DNA from: a virus
Taxonomy: Duplodnaviria > Heunggongvirae > Uroviricota > Caudoviricetes
Strand: one strand, 5' to 3'
IMG/VR virus record: IMGVR_UViG_3300042275_000481
Span: 38,172-102,171 of that record
DNA: 64,000 nt
In this document: positions 1-8,954 of the stretch, in pieces
Numbering within the stretch: the first letter of the stretch is position 1
Layout: each line of letters begins with the position of its first letter
Program-made: the position numbers and the translations under genes
The notes under the pieces: model-generated
What the model was told of the DNA's origin: nothing
The model's input: only the letters and a program-made list of their open reading frames with translations
Databases searched by the model: none

Positions 1-1154
1 GAAATGCTATTTTTATCATTATAATATCGAAACATCTTATTGGAAGTAAGAGCAATTTTTATTTTGTCTGTGCCACTTAATTCCGCATAAACAGATTGGT
101 TAGGAAGCCAAATAATTGAGTTATTTTTAAATTCTCTATCCTTATTTGCAAAATTCACGAAATTTTTATAGACTTTTATAATAACTGGTTTGCCTATACC
201 ATATAATGGGTAACTCTCTAATTTTTTATAAACACCTGCTGTACTAGTTTCTTCTGTTCTTATTTCAGGAACAGTTGTAAAATCTAATACAGTTGTCATA
301 GGATATGTATATTCTTCTAGTACTATATCTGCAGCAGTATCATTTAATTCAAATACAGTTTCTCTATTTATGTACTCTTTTAAATCTGGCGTGCCTGGCG
401 CACCGATAGAATATGTTGTGGTTCTCTTATATTTTTCATAATAAACCAATTTCTTATTGTAACCTTGATTTACTAGTCCAATACATTCTGGGAGAAAGCG
501 TTGTGGTATGATTTCAGTAATATCTTGAACATTATTCAAAACACTTCTGATAGTTGAATTATATCTTCCAAAGTTATAGTCTATACCATTTTCAGTTGTT
601 TCCCTTTGGTATTCATCTATATAGATATATTTACCAAGAGTGCTGTCAAAATATGGTATTTTAAATTCCTTATTTTCATATATGTATGCTACTAAACTAG
701 GAGTATATACATCCCATCTCTTATAGATGTCATTGTATTCTATTGTTGCTGTAGGATATATAAGAGTGTTATCTTTTAAATCTGTAACGGTAGTCTCATC
801 AAATTCTATAAAATGTTCCCAAGTAGAGCCTACTAAGTCTTTCATTCTGTATTTGTATGGAATTATAGTTTGTAGAACAGGATTGTAATATAATTTATCA
901 ATAGCACTTGTTGAATTTATTTCTGGTGTTGTAATAGAAGTAACACCATAATAATTTTGAATGTCTCCTAAAATATTATTAAATGCAAATGGAGATTTAT
1001 AGAAATATGTACTAGCATCTGCCGTGAATTCGTATGTATATATTATTGGATCGTCAGCATACTTTGTTTTAAAATCTCTTCTTGCTAAGTTGGTCTTATT
1101 AAAATATTCCATGAATAAACTTATTGGAATGTCGTTAAGATATAGTCCTTTCAT
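1..1154 (-). CDS. hypothetical virion/tail-associated protein, 5'-proximal part; the gene runs off the window start
   Basis: Not in the supplied ORF track because it is truncated by the window edge. Minus-strand ATG at 1152-1154 preceded by a GGAGGTGG RBS (revcomp of 1157-1167). Continuous reading frame to position 1. Sits in a block of large structural-looking genes. Confidence 0.55.
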   Translation of the reverse strand, partial: MKGLYLNDIPISLFMEYFNKTNLARRDFKTKYADDPIIYTYEFTADASTYFYKSPFAFNNILGDIQNYYGVTSITTPEINSTSAIDKLYYNPVLQTIIPYKYRMKDLVGSTWEHFIEFDETTVTDLKDNTLIYPTATIEYNDIYKRWDVYTPSLVAYIYENKEFKIPYFDSTLGKYIYIDEYQRETTENGIDYNFGRYNSTIRSVLNNVQDITEIIPQRFLPECIGLVNQGYNKKLVYYEKYKRTTTYSIGAPGTPDLKEYINRETVFELNDTAADIVLEEYTYPMTTVLDFTTVPEIRTEETSTAGVYKKLESYPLYGIGKPVIIKVYKNFVNFANKDREFKNNSIIWLPNQSVYAELSGTDKIKIALTSNKMFRYYNDKNSI

Positions 1155-1213
1155 ATTTCCACCTCCAAATTTCTCATATAATTAATTGTTGTTGATAGTT
1201 AATATAATTAAAA

Positions 1214-1252
1214 AACAAAAAAAAGACAAGTTCCCCCTACCGCTTGGTAGGT
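1214..1252 (-). terminator. rho-independent terminator (hairpin ccctaccgcttggtagg plus T-run on the minus strand)
   Basis: A GC-rich inverted repeat at 1235-1252 is followed, on the minus strand, by a run of about 8 T (1214-1224). It lies at the 3' end of the ORF-less GC-rich region. Confidence 0.55.
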
Positions 1253-1860
1253 TTCACCGCATCCTTCCCGTCATCACCCCAGTGACGAATATCCTCCATA
1301 GCTGTTGCAAACTTCGCGACAAACTACTTCAAACATTTTCTTGTACCCTCATTCCGTCATCACGACGTTCAAAAGATACTGGGTGGTTAACCCGGGGTGA
1401 CACAGCTCATCGATTTTACCAGCTTCTTTCTAACGGGCCCAACCTGAGCTTCCACCTTCAATCCACTGATCGACTTACTGTACTACATGATTTGTTATTA
1501 CGGGACTCCATGCAGAGAGTATCCCAACCAATCGCCACCACAGCAATTGGATTCAAAGTTTTCAATGCAAACTTTGCAGCATCTTGGTTTAGTAAAACTG
1601 GCAACCAAGTACCATAAAACAGTTTGCTAATTTTTAAAAGGTAATCAACGAACCTCCTGATTTTAAAGGCAATCAAGCGCCACATGTTTGAACTATTGAT
1701 TCCAAATTATAATGGGGAAATCAACAAACCCTCTACTGTGGTAAATAAATTTACCACCAAAAATACTCAGTATCAAATTACTGAACTGACCAAGCTACAG
1801 TTCATACCAATTTAGCCAGCCTGTACTGATTACTAATATTGGGGAATAGTATAGTTGTCT
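1215..1860 (-). ncRNA. candidate large structured non-coding RNA (~640 nt), class unassigned (ROOL/GOLLD-like size)
   Basis: GC content is clearly elevated relative to flanks. No credible ORF: the only ORF, 1186-1617 on the plus strand, lacks an RBS and has odd composition. Many local helices are visible (e.g. ccggggtgacac / gggcccgttag). An intrinsic terminator ends it on the minus strand, the same orientation as the neighbouring genes. Confidence 0.4.
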
Positions 1861-1936
1861 ATTCTATTCAGATTTATAATATATATTTAAAATTTGATGG
1901 TTTCTAAAAAGAAATAAATAACCAAAAGGTTATTTA

Positions 1937-2164
1937 TTATTCTTTAGTTGCTCTTTTGAAAATCCCTAGGAATTTTTTACTTTCTTCTTTTGCTTCTACA
2001 ACTTTCTTTAATTCAGGTTTACCTTGTTTAGCTTGTTCTTGTAAAAGTCTAGCTTTTTGTGCTACTGTTAAAGCTTGTTGTTGAATTTGTTCAGCTTCTT
2101 GTGCGTCTACTTTTTTAAGTTTTCCAGCAACTTCTTTAGCTGATTTTTTGAATTTTTCGAACAT
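1937..2164 (-). CDS. small Lys/Glu-rich protein, unknown function
   Basis: 75-aa ORF with RBS. The hairpin aaataaccaaaaggttattt lies immediately downstream (1911-1936). Confidence 0.45.
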   Translation of the reverse strand: MFEKFKKSAKEVAGKLKKVDAQEAEQIQQQALTVAQKARLLQEQAKQGKPELKKVVEAKEESKKFLGIFKRATKE

Positions 2165-2218
2165 AATTTTTTCCTCCTTTATTTTCTAGGTTAAGTACCT
2201 ATAAATAATTGTTCGGAA

Positions 2219-2758
2219 TTATGAATTTAAAACTATGATTTGAATTTTTACTTCAGTTCTCGGGTTTATTGAGTAGTATTTGTTTGTATTTAAGGATACA
2301 ACTCGTTTATCATCATCAAAAACTATATTGTGAAGCACATCCACAAGAAATTTTATATAGTTGTCAAGGTCAGGTCTGATAGCCGGGAGTATAACTTTTT
2401 CCTCTTTCAGAACAGCCTTCTTGATTGAGTCACCGTCAGGTGTCTTCAGATAAAAATCAGCATTTATTTTTACATAATACTCAGCATCTTTATTAGCTAT
2501 TAATTTATTTAGCTTATCTCTTGTTAATACATCTAATTGACTAGCATAAAATTTATTAGCTTTGTCCATTTGTTTTGCTTTTTTATTGTAGAATCTTTTA
2601 CCTCTACTTGTATATCTTTCTCTCACATAATTTTCAGGATGTCCTGGATATATAAATTTTACATTTATTTCTTCTTTATTTATAGTATGTTCATCAGTAA
2701 TCTTTTTGCTATATTCTTTATCTAAAAGTTTTTCTTCTATTTTTTCTCTTTTGGCCAT
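2219..2758 (-). CDS. rusA: RusA-like Holliday junction resolvase
   Basis: Motif RPDLDNYIKFLVDVLHNIVFDDDKRVVSL matches the RusA catalytic signature (PD-DN ... DDD). 179 aa. Confidence 0.65.
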   Translation of the reverse strand: MAKREKIEEKLLDKEYSKKITDEHTINKEEINVKFIYPGHPENYVRERYTSRGKRFYNKKAKQMDKANKFYASQLDVLTRDKLNKLIANKDAEYYVKINADFYLKTPDGDSIKKAVLKEEKVILPAIRPDLDNYIKFLVDVLHNIVFDDDKRVVSLNTNKYYSINPRTEVKIQIIVLNS

Positions 2759-3591
2759 TTGATTCTCTTCTTTCCGTATAAAAATTTCAGAAGATCTTCT
2801 ATTATATCTTTTTTTAGATTGCTCCTTAATAATCTATGCTTAACTCCTGAATATAATACTAGTTTTTTATCATTGTTAGTTACCCTATCAAAAGCATACA
2901 TTGGTCCGTCAAGAGGTACTAAATCATCATTTTCAGATATATACATTCTAGCTGGAATATCCAACTTTGAATCTTTTGTAGTTCTTCTAATTGATGAAAC
3001 TAGTCTTATGAAGTTTAAAAACACTGAGAGTTTTAAATTACCAAATCTTTCATCAAACTCTTTTTTATAATCAGTTCCACCATCACCAGAGCTAGTACTA
3101 ACAAATTCTTCAATAATTTCTTTTGCTTCTTTATCATTCTTGAGTGATTTCTTTAATACATCTTTAGCAATTTCATCTTCTTTTGAAGATTTTAAGAATC
3201 CTCCGATTTTACTTAATAGTCTATTGTCCCCACCATATTTCAATGCTGGTGCTAATAATACTATTTTTTCAGCTCCAAATTTCTCAGCAAGATAGAATGC
3301 TAATGCTCCACCCATTGAGAATCCCATTATATAAACTTTATCATGTCTAGCTCTGAAAACGATATATTCTTTTTCTATATCATCCAAAGCTTGTTTATAA
3401 TTAAATGTATTTGGGTCTACATCTTCTCCATGTCCTTGTACTAATGGAAAATAATAATTTTTAATCTTATTTTTCTTTAGTATACCTTCAAGTCCAGGAT
3501 ATGATATATTTGGATTACTTAAATATCCATGAATTATAAATAATCCAATATTCTCTTTTTCTCTTCTTTTAAATATATTCATTTTCCTCAT
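2737..3591 (-). CDS. alpha/beta-hydrolase fold esterase/lipase
   Basis: GFSMGG nucleophile-elbow motif (GxSxG). The HG oxyanion region is near the N-terminus. 284 aa. The stop overlaps the downstream rusA start. Confidence 0.65.
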   Translation of the reverse strand: MRKMNIFKRREKENIGLFIIHGYLSNPNISYPGLEGILKKNKIKNYYFPLVQGHGEDVDPNTFNYKQALDDIEKEYIVFRARHDKVYIMGFSMGGALAFYLAEKFGAEKIVLLAPALKYGGDNRLLSKIGGFLKSSKEDEIAKDVLKKSLKNDKEAKEIIEEFVSTSSGDGGTDYKKEFDERFGNLKLSVFLNFIRLVSSIRRTTKDSKLDIPARMYISENDDLVPLDGPMYAFDRVTNNDKKLVLYSGVKHRLLRSNLKKDIIEDLLKFLYGKKRIKWPKEKK

Positions 3592-3658
3592 CTCCCTTAT
3601 ATATAAAAAGTTGTTAATTTCGATTTAAAAAAATAAAGAGGCTGTAATAACCTCTTTA

Positions 3659-5857
3659 TTATCCTGTTTTACTCATCCATGGTACTGATTTCATATTAAG
3701 AGTTCTACCAACTTTTTTCTTTCTTAAGGTGATATACTCATTATTTTTATCTCTACGATTTTGACTGAAATCATTCCATAATTGTCCCGTCAAGGTAGCA
3801 TTACCTTCACCAGAGACTCTATTTATCATTTGTTTCCAATATTTATTCATAGGTTCAGAGTCACCGTTATAAAGTGCTCCTAATCCTGCCATATTATCTA
3901 AGAATACTGTAAATGATGGATTAGCTGATAAAAAGCTAAAACGTTTAACCATAGCCAAATATGGATATAAGTCTGTAATTGTAAATGAGCCGGAAATTGC
4001 TCTTGGAAGTTTGTCTTTAGTCCATAAGTTTGCATCTCCACCTTTAATCCAAGTTAAGTCAGATATAAGTGCAAGGTCTGATGTAAATAGACCAGGGATA
4101 TCAGCTCTAACAAAGAATGGTGATACAAATCCGTTATCAGCAGCTTGTCTTGGTAAGGCAAACGCTAATAAACTAAAGAATGGTACATATACATATTGGA
4201 ATATACTCAATGGGTCTCCATATGGAGAAACAAAGTTAAAGTTGAAGTTAAGATTTTTACTGTAATTCGAGTTTGCCCATAAATTTGGATACATAACTTT
4301 CATACCATTAGTTACAGAGAATGCTTGAACTAATGAGCTTAAATCTTGTTCAGTTGCAAGATTTTTAACACTCTGTAATATACCTGATAAACCACTAGCA
4401 TCACCTTTTACACCCTGCAATGTACTTTTAAATGTATCTATTTGAATATCTAAAACACCAGCCATTCTTCTCATAGCGCCAATTTTGTCAGTTCCCATAC
4501 CCGTTATAAGATTCAATCTCTGGAATTGGTCTGACGCAGCATTGGCTCTGTCCTCTAAACCTGATGAGAATTCTTGGTTACTAATTGCCTCAGATACAGC
4601 ACTCATAGTTACATAGAATCCTAATGACGATTTGTACTTCGCTTGTAATGTTTCTCCATAATTAGATGAATTAGAAAGCGGATCGAAAAACGAGAATAGA
4701 TTGAAACTATTATTATTTTTGGTTCCCAATCCAAGTTTAATCCACATAGTATTTAACATCGTTTCTAAATATGAGTAGTATTGATTGTATTTTGCTTGGA
4801 AGGTGTAGTATCTTTTATCCTTTTCTGCAAAATCAGGATCTAACCCATTTTTTAGTAAGTAACTCATAACTTCTTCTACACCTTCGGTTTGGTTTGTATA
4901 GTTTGATGTAGAAATAGTTTTGTTATTAAAATCAGACGCACTTGATGAAGATGTAGCATTCTTATAAATACTACTAGCACCAGTTCTTAAACTTTGAGTA
5001 AAAGAACCACCGTTAAATTTTGGCAGACCAGGCGTCAAGCTTAAGAATACAGAATCTTTAACAAATGTATTTATTGTTGTTCTATTATTTGGGTCTGAAA
5101 TATGATTAAATAGTGGTGGACCACCTAATAAAAGGTTTCCATATAAATTCGCACTATTATTATCTGTTGAAGGGTCTAATGGAGTATTTTGTAAGAAGGT
5201 AATATTATATTGCCCAACTTGTCCATTTGTAGCATTTCTGAGTTGTGACAAGAAACTATTGCTTCCTGTGCTCCATGATTTTTCCATTGCAAGACCATAT
5301 CTTGTCTCAGTTACACCATCTTGGTATACAAGTGCTGATGTGATGATTTCGCCAACAGTTTTGATTGTTTGTCCAATTGCAGTCTTTTCGCCGCCAACTA
5401 AATTAGCAAGCGCATTTATACCTTTACCTAGCGTGGCAGAAGGGTCATTAAAGAAGTCGCCGACAATATTCGCGCCAGTTGTTGGCACCCAATCCCAAGC
5501 ACTATTTACTGCTCCTTTAATAGAAGACCATGCAGATGATAAACCAGGTTTAACTTTACCTTTTACTGTATCATAGTCAATTGTTGAGAGTGGGTTATAT
5601 GCACTACTTGCGAAATTAGAAGCTACATTCCCTACATTATTTAGGAAGTCGCCAGCAGCTCCTATTGCATTTGCTAAATCAGGATTTTCACTAACTTTTT
5701 TTATAGTTGTTAATATATCTTCTCCAGCGTCTTCGGCAAAATCTATTAAATTATCTGTAACGTCACCAATTTTATCAAAAGCATCGGAGGCGAAGTTTGA
5801 AACGTCTGATGCAGTATCTTTTATACCATTCCAGGCATCTTTCATAAATTTAAACAT
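3659..5857 (-). CDS. large virion-associated structural protein (hypothetical)
   Basis: 732-aa ORF rich in Gly/Ser/Asn/Thr, typical of tail/baseplate proteins. It immediately follows the 998-aa protein on the same strand. Confidence 0.5.
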   Translation of the reverse strand: MFKFMKDAWNGIKDTASDVSNFASDAFDKIGDVTDNLIDFAEDAGEDILTTIKKVSENPDLANAIGAAGDFLNNVGNVASNFASSAYNPLSTIDYDTVKGKVKPGLSSAWSSIKGAVNSAWDWVPTTGANIVGDFFNDPSATLGKGINALANLVGGEKTAIGQTIKTVGEIITSALVYQDGVTETRYGLAMEKSWSTGSNSFLSQLRNATNGQVGQYNITFLQNTPLDPSTDNNSANLYGNLLLGGPPLFNHISDPNNRTTINTFVKDSVFLSLTPGLPKFNGGSFTQSLRTGASSIYKNATSSSSASDFNNKTISTSNYTNQTEGVEEVMSYLLKNGLDPDFAEKDKRYYTFQAKYNQYYSYLETMLNTMWIKLGLGTKNNNSFNLFSFFDPLSNSSNYGETLQAKYKSSLGFYVTMSAVSEAISNQEFSSGLEDRANAASDQFQRLNLITGMGTDKIGAMRRMAGVLDIQIDTFKSTLQGVKGDASGLSGILQSVKNLATEQDLSSLVQAFSVTNGMKVMYPNLWANSNYSKNLNFNFNFVSPYGDPLSIFQYVYVPFFSLLAFALPRQAADNGFVSPFFVRADIPGLFTSDLALISDLTWIKGGDANLWTKDKLPRAISGSFTITDLYPYLAMVKRFSFLSANPSFTVFLDNMAGLGALYNGDSEPMNKYWKQMINRVSGEGNATLTGQLWNDFSQNRRDKNNEYITLRKKKVGRTLNMKSVPWMSKTG

Positions 5858-5871
5858 GTATTATTCGCCTC

Positions 5872-8868
5872 CTATTGTCCTTGTAATATACTATCTAAAC
5901 TCTTTGGAAAGCCACCCTCTAAAAAAGGATTGCTACTTCCACTAGAACTAGATGTCTTTTGGTCTATTGAACCAGTATTTGCAACTACAGCATTTCGTTG
6001 TTGATTACCAGTTTGTAGAAGATTTTGTATTACTGCTAGTTGAGAATTCATTTGAGCTACAAGACCAATTAATGATACTTGTTGGCCATCAAATTCTACT
6101 AAATCATCTATACCAGGAGTTACTGGCATTACTTTGATTGCTTCTTTTGTACCTTGATCTTTAGCATATTTAAGATCTCTTGTATATGTCGCTAATTGAG
6201 TTGTAATACCAACAGCCATTGGGGATTTCTTTTCAAGTTGTCCCATTTTAGCTGCTTGTGATATACCACTATTAGCTAAACTTTGTCTATCAATTGATGG
6301 AACAGGTTTAACTTGGAATTCTTTTTTACTCCAGTCAATACTTACTTGTTCTTCATTTGGTTTACCATTTAAAGAGTCTCCTGCAATAAATTGCGACATT
6401 GAAGCTGCAGTTGACATTGAAGAACTTCCTTTAGAAGTAGTTCCAGTTGCAAATCTAGGTGTTGCTGATGATCTAGATGCACGTCCTTTCCCACCAGTTG
6501 CCAATCCTAAAACAGAGGTAACAATAGGTCCAATACCAGGTAATGCTGCATTAATAGCAAGTTTAGCAGCTTTCATGGCAAGTTCTTCTAATTTGCCCAT
6601 TTTAAGGTCTGTTCTTGTCGTTACATCTTGCATTTTATTTACAACATAAACAGGTGATGCAGGTTCTTTCTTAACCATTCTAATTCCAAATGAAGTTGCT
6701 TCATCTGATAGATAGTCTTTTGAAGAACTATTTTTCAATCTAGAATTTTTTCGTTTTTCTACTTTTTCAGCCATTTGTTGTGCAATAATAGCACCTTGGT
6801 CAAATACTCTAATTGCCATAGCACCTTTAATAGCAGTAGCTTGTAGAGTATTATCCACTTTTGCGACAAATGGGTCTTTCTCACTTAATCCAGTGAAAGG
6901 ACCTGATGCTTCATCATATTCGTATCTATCTGTATCTGTATTTCTAGAAAGATCTAATCCGAATTTAGAAATATCTGCTCTTTCTTCTGAAGAAAGCATT
7001 GGAGCTGGGTCATTCAAACTCTTGATTAATTCGCCCATTCTTTGTAAGTCTGGGTTATTTCTGATTTGGTCTTCAGGAGTTTTGTCTAATCTGCTTAGAA
7101 TACCTTCTCCACCACTTCCAGCTCCAGATATTTGATTTACAACAAAAACAGGCATAACTAAATCGTCTGTTGATATATTAGGAGCTTCAGTTAATTTTAC
7201 CATTTCTAATAATTTATTAGCCACATATACTGGCATAACAGCTTCATCGCTGCCTGCCGAAATAGTTTCAGCATCCTTCATACTTATCATACCAATTGAT
7301 GTTATTTGATTGGCCACATATACTGGCACAGTTTTTCCTGTCTCATGATAATAATATGGTACATTTGGTCCTTCAGATGGGGAAGCTAAATCCTTAGTCT
7401 CTGCAAATGATAAAGATTCTTGAAGGGCTTTTTTCCTGCCTTGATCTGCAAGTGATAACTGCTTACCAAAGAAATTTTTTCGTTTTTCCTTGTTCTCAAC
7501 TCTTTTTAATGCTAGCTCGGTTTCTAATACTTTTGCCATTATTTCATCAACTAGAAGAGCTTTATTCATTCTTGGTTGAAGACCATATAAATTAGCTTTT
7601 TGGAATAATAACTGAGGGTCTTTTTGTGCTAATTCTGTTAATTGGTCTTTTGTTTCTTGTTGTTCTTTTGTTAAATCACCTGTTTTAGACAGATGATAAA
7701 ATTCTTTACCTCTATTTACAAGTCTCTTTTCCTCAGTAAGACCAAATTGTCTAGCCTTAGACGCACCTTTTTTTGCTCCTTCAACTATACCATCTTTAGA
7801 GAAAACACCTGTAACTCCGCCGAGTATTCCACCAACAACAGATTTAGCCGCTCTAGTTGGCGCAGACGCAACTTTATTAACAGCACGCCCAATAATACCT
7901 CTTTGTTTTAATCCTTTTTCTTTTCGTCTGAAACCTTCTTTTATCTGAGCTTTAGCTCTAGCAGCATCTTCTCTAAGCTTTTTAATTTGCTCAGGTGACA
8001 TACCTGCCTCACCAGTTACAAAGGCATAACTAGTATATTTTAATATTCTATGGAAAGGTTCTGAACGAACTATAGCTCCACCATACATTGTTTTTGATTT
8101 TCCTGTGATTAAGGATATGTATAGTAAAGTCTTATTTATAATCATATTGGTTAAATCTTTATATTTTACTTTATCTGGAACTTCTATTTCCATTTCATAA
8201 GCGAGTCCAGATAATTCAACAACATTAAATAAATCTTTCAGAACTTGTTGCAATTCTTTCTTTAATTTACCATATTGTTTGGTAATTTTTTTAGGAACTC
8301 TAAATGATTTATCATATGCTTTTAGGAATTTTCTAATTTCTCTAGGGCTTCTAGCATCTTCAGTTCTTTTAGCAACCATTTGGAAAGCATTAACACCAAA
8401 AGACCTTGCTTTTTTACCATTTCTCTTTCTTTCAGTTCTTATATTTTGAACTTCTTTAGCAACTTCTCGTTCATCAGTTTTAATATCTTTAAGAAGAATT
8501 TCTAAATCTTCTTGTTTCATATTTATAATTAATGTCTCAGTAACTTGCTTATTTATATCAGTTTCATTAGCATTAGGACCTAGAAGATTAATGTCCCCGT
8601 ATTGTACCAAAATGCTATTCTTATGATTCATAGACCAGGTGCTTACCATTTTGTATACATATCTTCTTAGTTCGCTAACCTTAGAATCTGACATACTTAG
8701 TGTTTGATAATTCTCCCTGGCAATAGCTGATGATACCGCCTCTGCAGTATATCCTGATAACTGTTTAGCAGTTATCATAGATGCAACATTTGAATTACTA
8801 GAGCGCCCGCTAGGTACACCATTACCTAAACCAACCGTATTATTTACAGAAGATGCCATAGGTATCAC
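5872..8868 (-). CDS. large virion protein with internal short repeats (VPVYVANQ-type); tape-measure-like or internal/ejected protein
   Basis: 998-aa ORF. Repeated motifs VPVYVANQITS / MPVYVANKLLE / MPVFVVNQISG / SPVYVVNKMQD. Coiled-coil-like K/E-rich central region and a Gly-rich C-terminus. Confidence 0.5.
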   Translation of the reverse strand: MIPMASSVNNTVGLGNGVPSGRSSNSNVASMITAKQLSGYTAEAVSSAIARENYQTLSMSDSKVSELRRYVYKMVSTWSMNHKNSILVQYGDINLLGPNANETDINKQVTETLIINMKQEDLEILLKDIKTDEREVAKEVQNIRTERKRNGKKARSFGVNAFQMVAKRTEDARSPREIRKFLKAYDKSFRVPKKITKQYGKLKKELQQVLKDLFNVVELSGLAYEMEIEVPDKVKYKDLTNMIINKTLLYISLITGKSKTMYGGAIVRSEPFHRILKYTSYAFVTGEAGMSPEQIKKLREDAARAKAQIKEGFRRKEKGLKQRGIIGRAVNKVASAPTRAAKSVVGGILGGVTGVFSKDGIVEGAKKGASKARQFGLTEEKRLVNRGKEFYHLSKTGDLTKEQQETKDQLTELAQKDPQLLFQKANLYGLQPRMNKALLVDEIMAKVLETELALKRVENKEKRKNFFGKQLSLADQGRKKALQESLSFAETKDLASPSEGPNVPYYYHETGKTVPVYVANQITSIGMISMKDAETISAGSDEAVMPVYVANKLLEMVKLTEAPNISTDDLVMPVFVVNQISGAGSGGEGILSRLDKTPEDQIRNNPDLQRMGELIKSLNDPAPMLSSEERADISKFGLDLSRNTDTDRYEYDEASGPFTGLSEKDPFVAKVDNTLQATAIKGAMAIRVFDQGAIIAQQMAEKVEKRKNSRLKNSSSKDYLSDEATSFGIRMVKKEPASPVYVVNKMQDVTTRTDLKMGKLEELAMKAAKLAINAALPGIGPIVTSVLGLATGGKGRASRSSATPRFATGTTSKGSSSMSTAASMSQFIAGDSLNGKPNEEQVSIDWSKKEFQVKPVPSIDRQSLANSGISQAAKMGQLEKKSPMAVGITTQLATYTRDLKYAKDQGTKEAIKVMPVTPGIDDLVEFDGQQVSLIGLVAQMNSQLAVIQNLLQTGNQQRNAVVANTGSIDQKTSSSSGSSNPFLEGGFPKSLDSILQGQ

Positions 8869-8954
8869 CTTACTTTCTAATTTGAATTTTTATCATATAA
8901 AATATTGTTGAGCTTGAAACAATTAATTATTATTTAAAAAAGAAAATAAAGGAG

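Noticed and set aside
1186-1617. 143-aa plus-strand ORF in the ORF track
   Set aside because: It lies wholly inside the GC-rich structured region. It has no RBS and sits on the opposite strand to all neighbours. Its composition (Leu/Ser/Arg/Thr/Cys-rich) is typical of a spurious frame through GC-rich RNA sequence. Interpreted as part of a candidate ncRNA instead.
4011-5576. Plus-strand ORFs 4011-4265 and 5259-5576 (and similar short antisense ORFs throughout, e.g. 5952-6137, 6893-7135, 9023-9259, 17313-17522, 17681-18045, 28406-28615, 34474-34812, 35405-35898, 36127-37049, 44190-44390, 46816-47090, 47795-48166, 50597-50923, 51970-52278, 59686-60176)
   Set aside because: They are fully nested antisense to long, well-supported genes. 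They lack RBSs and show low-complexity composition. These are shadow ORFs.
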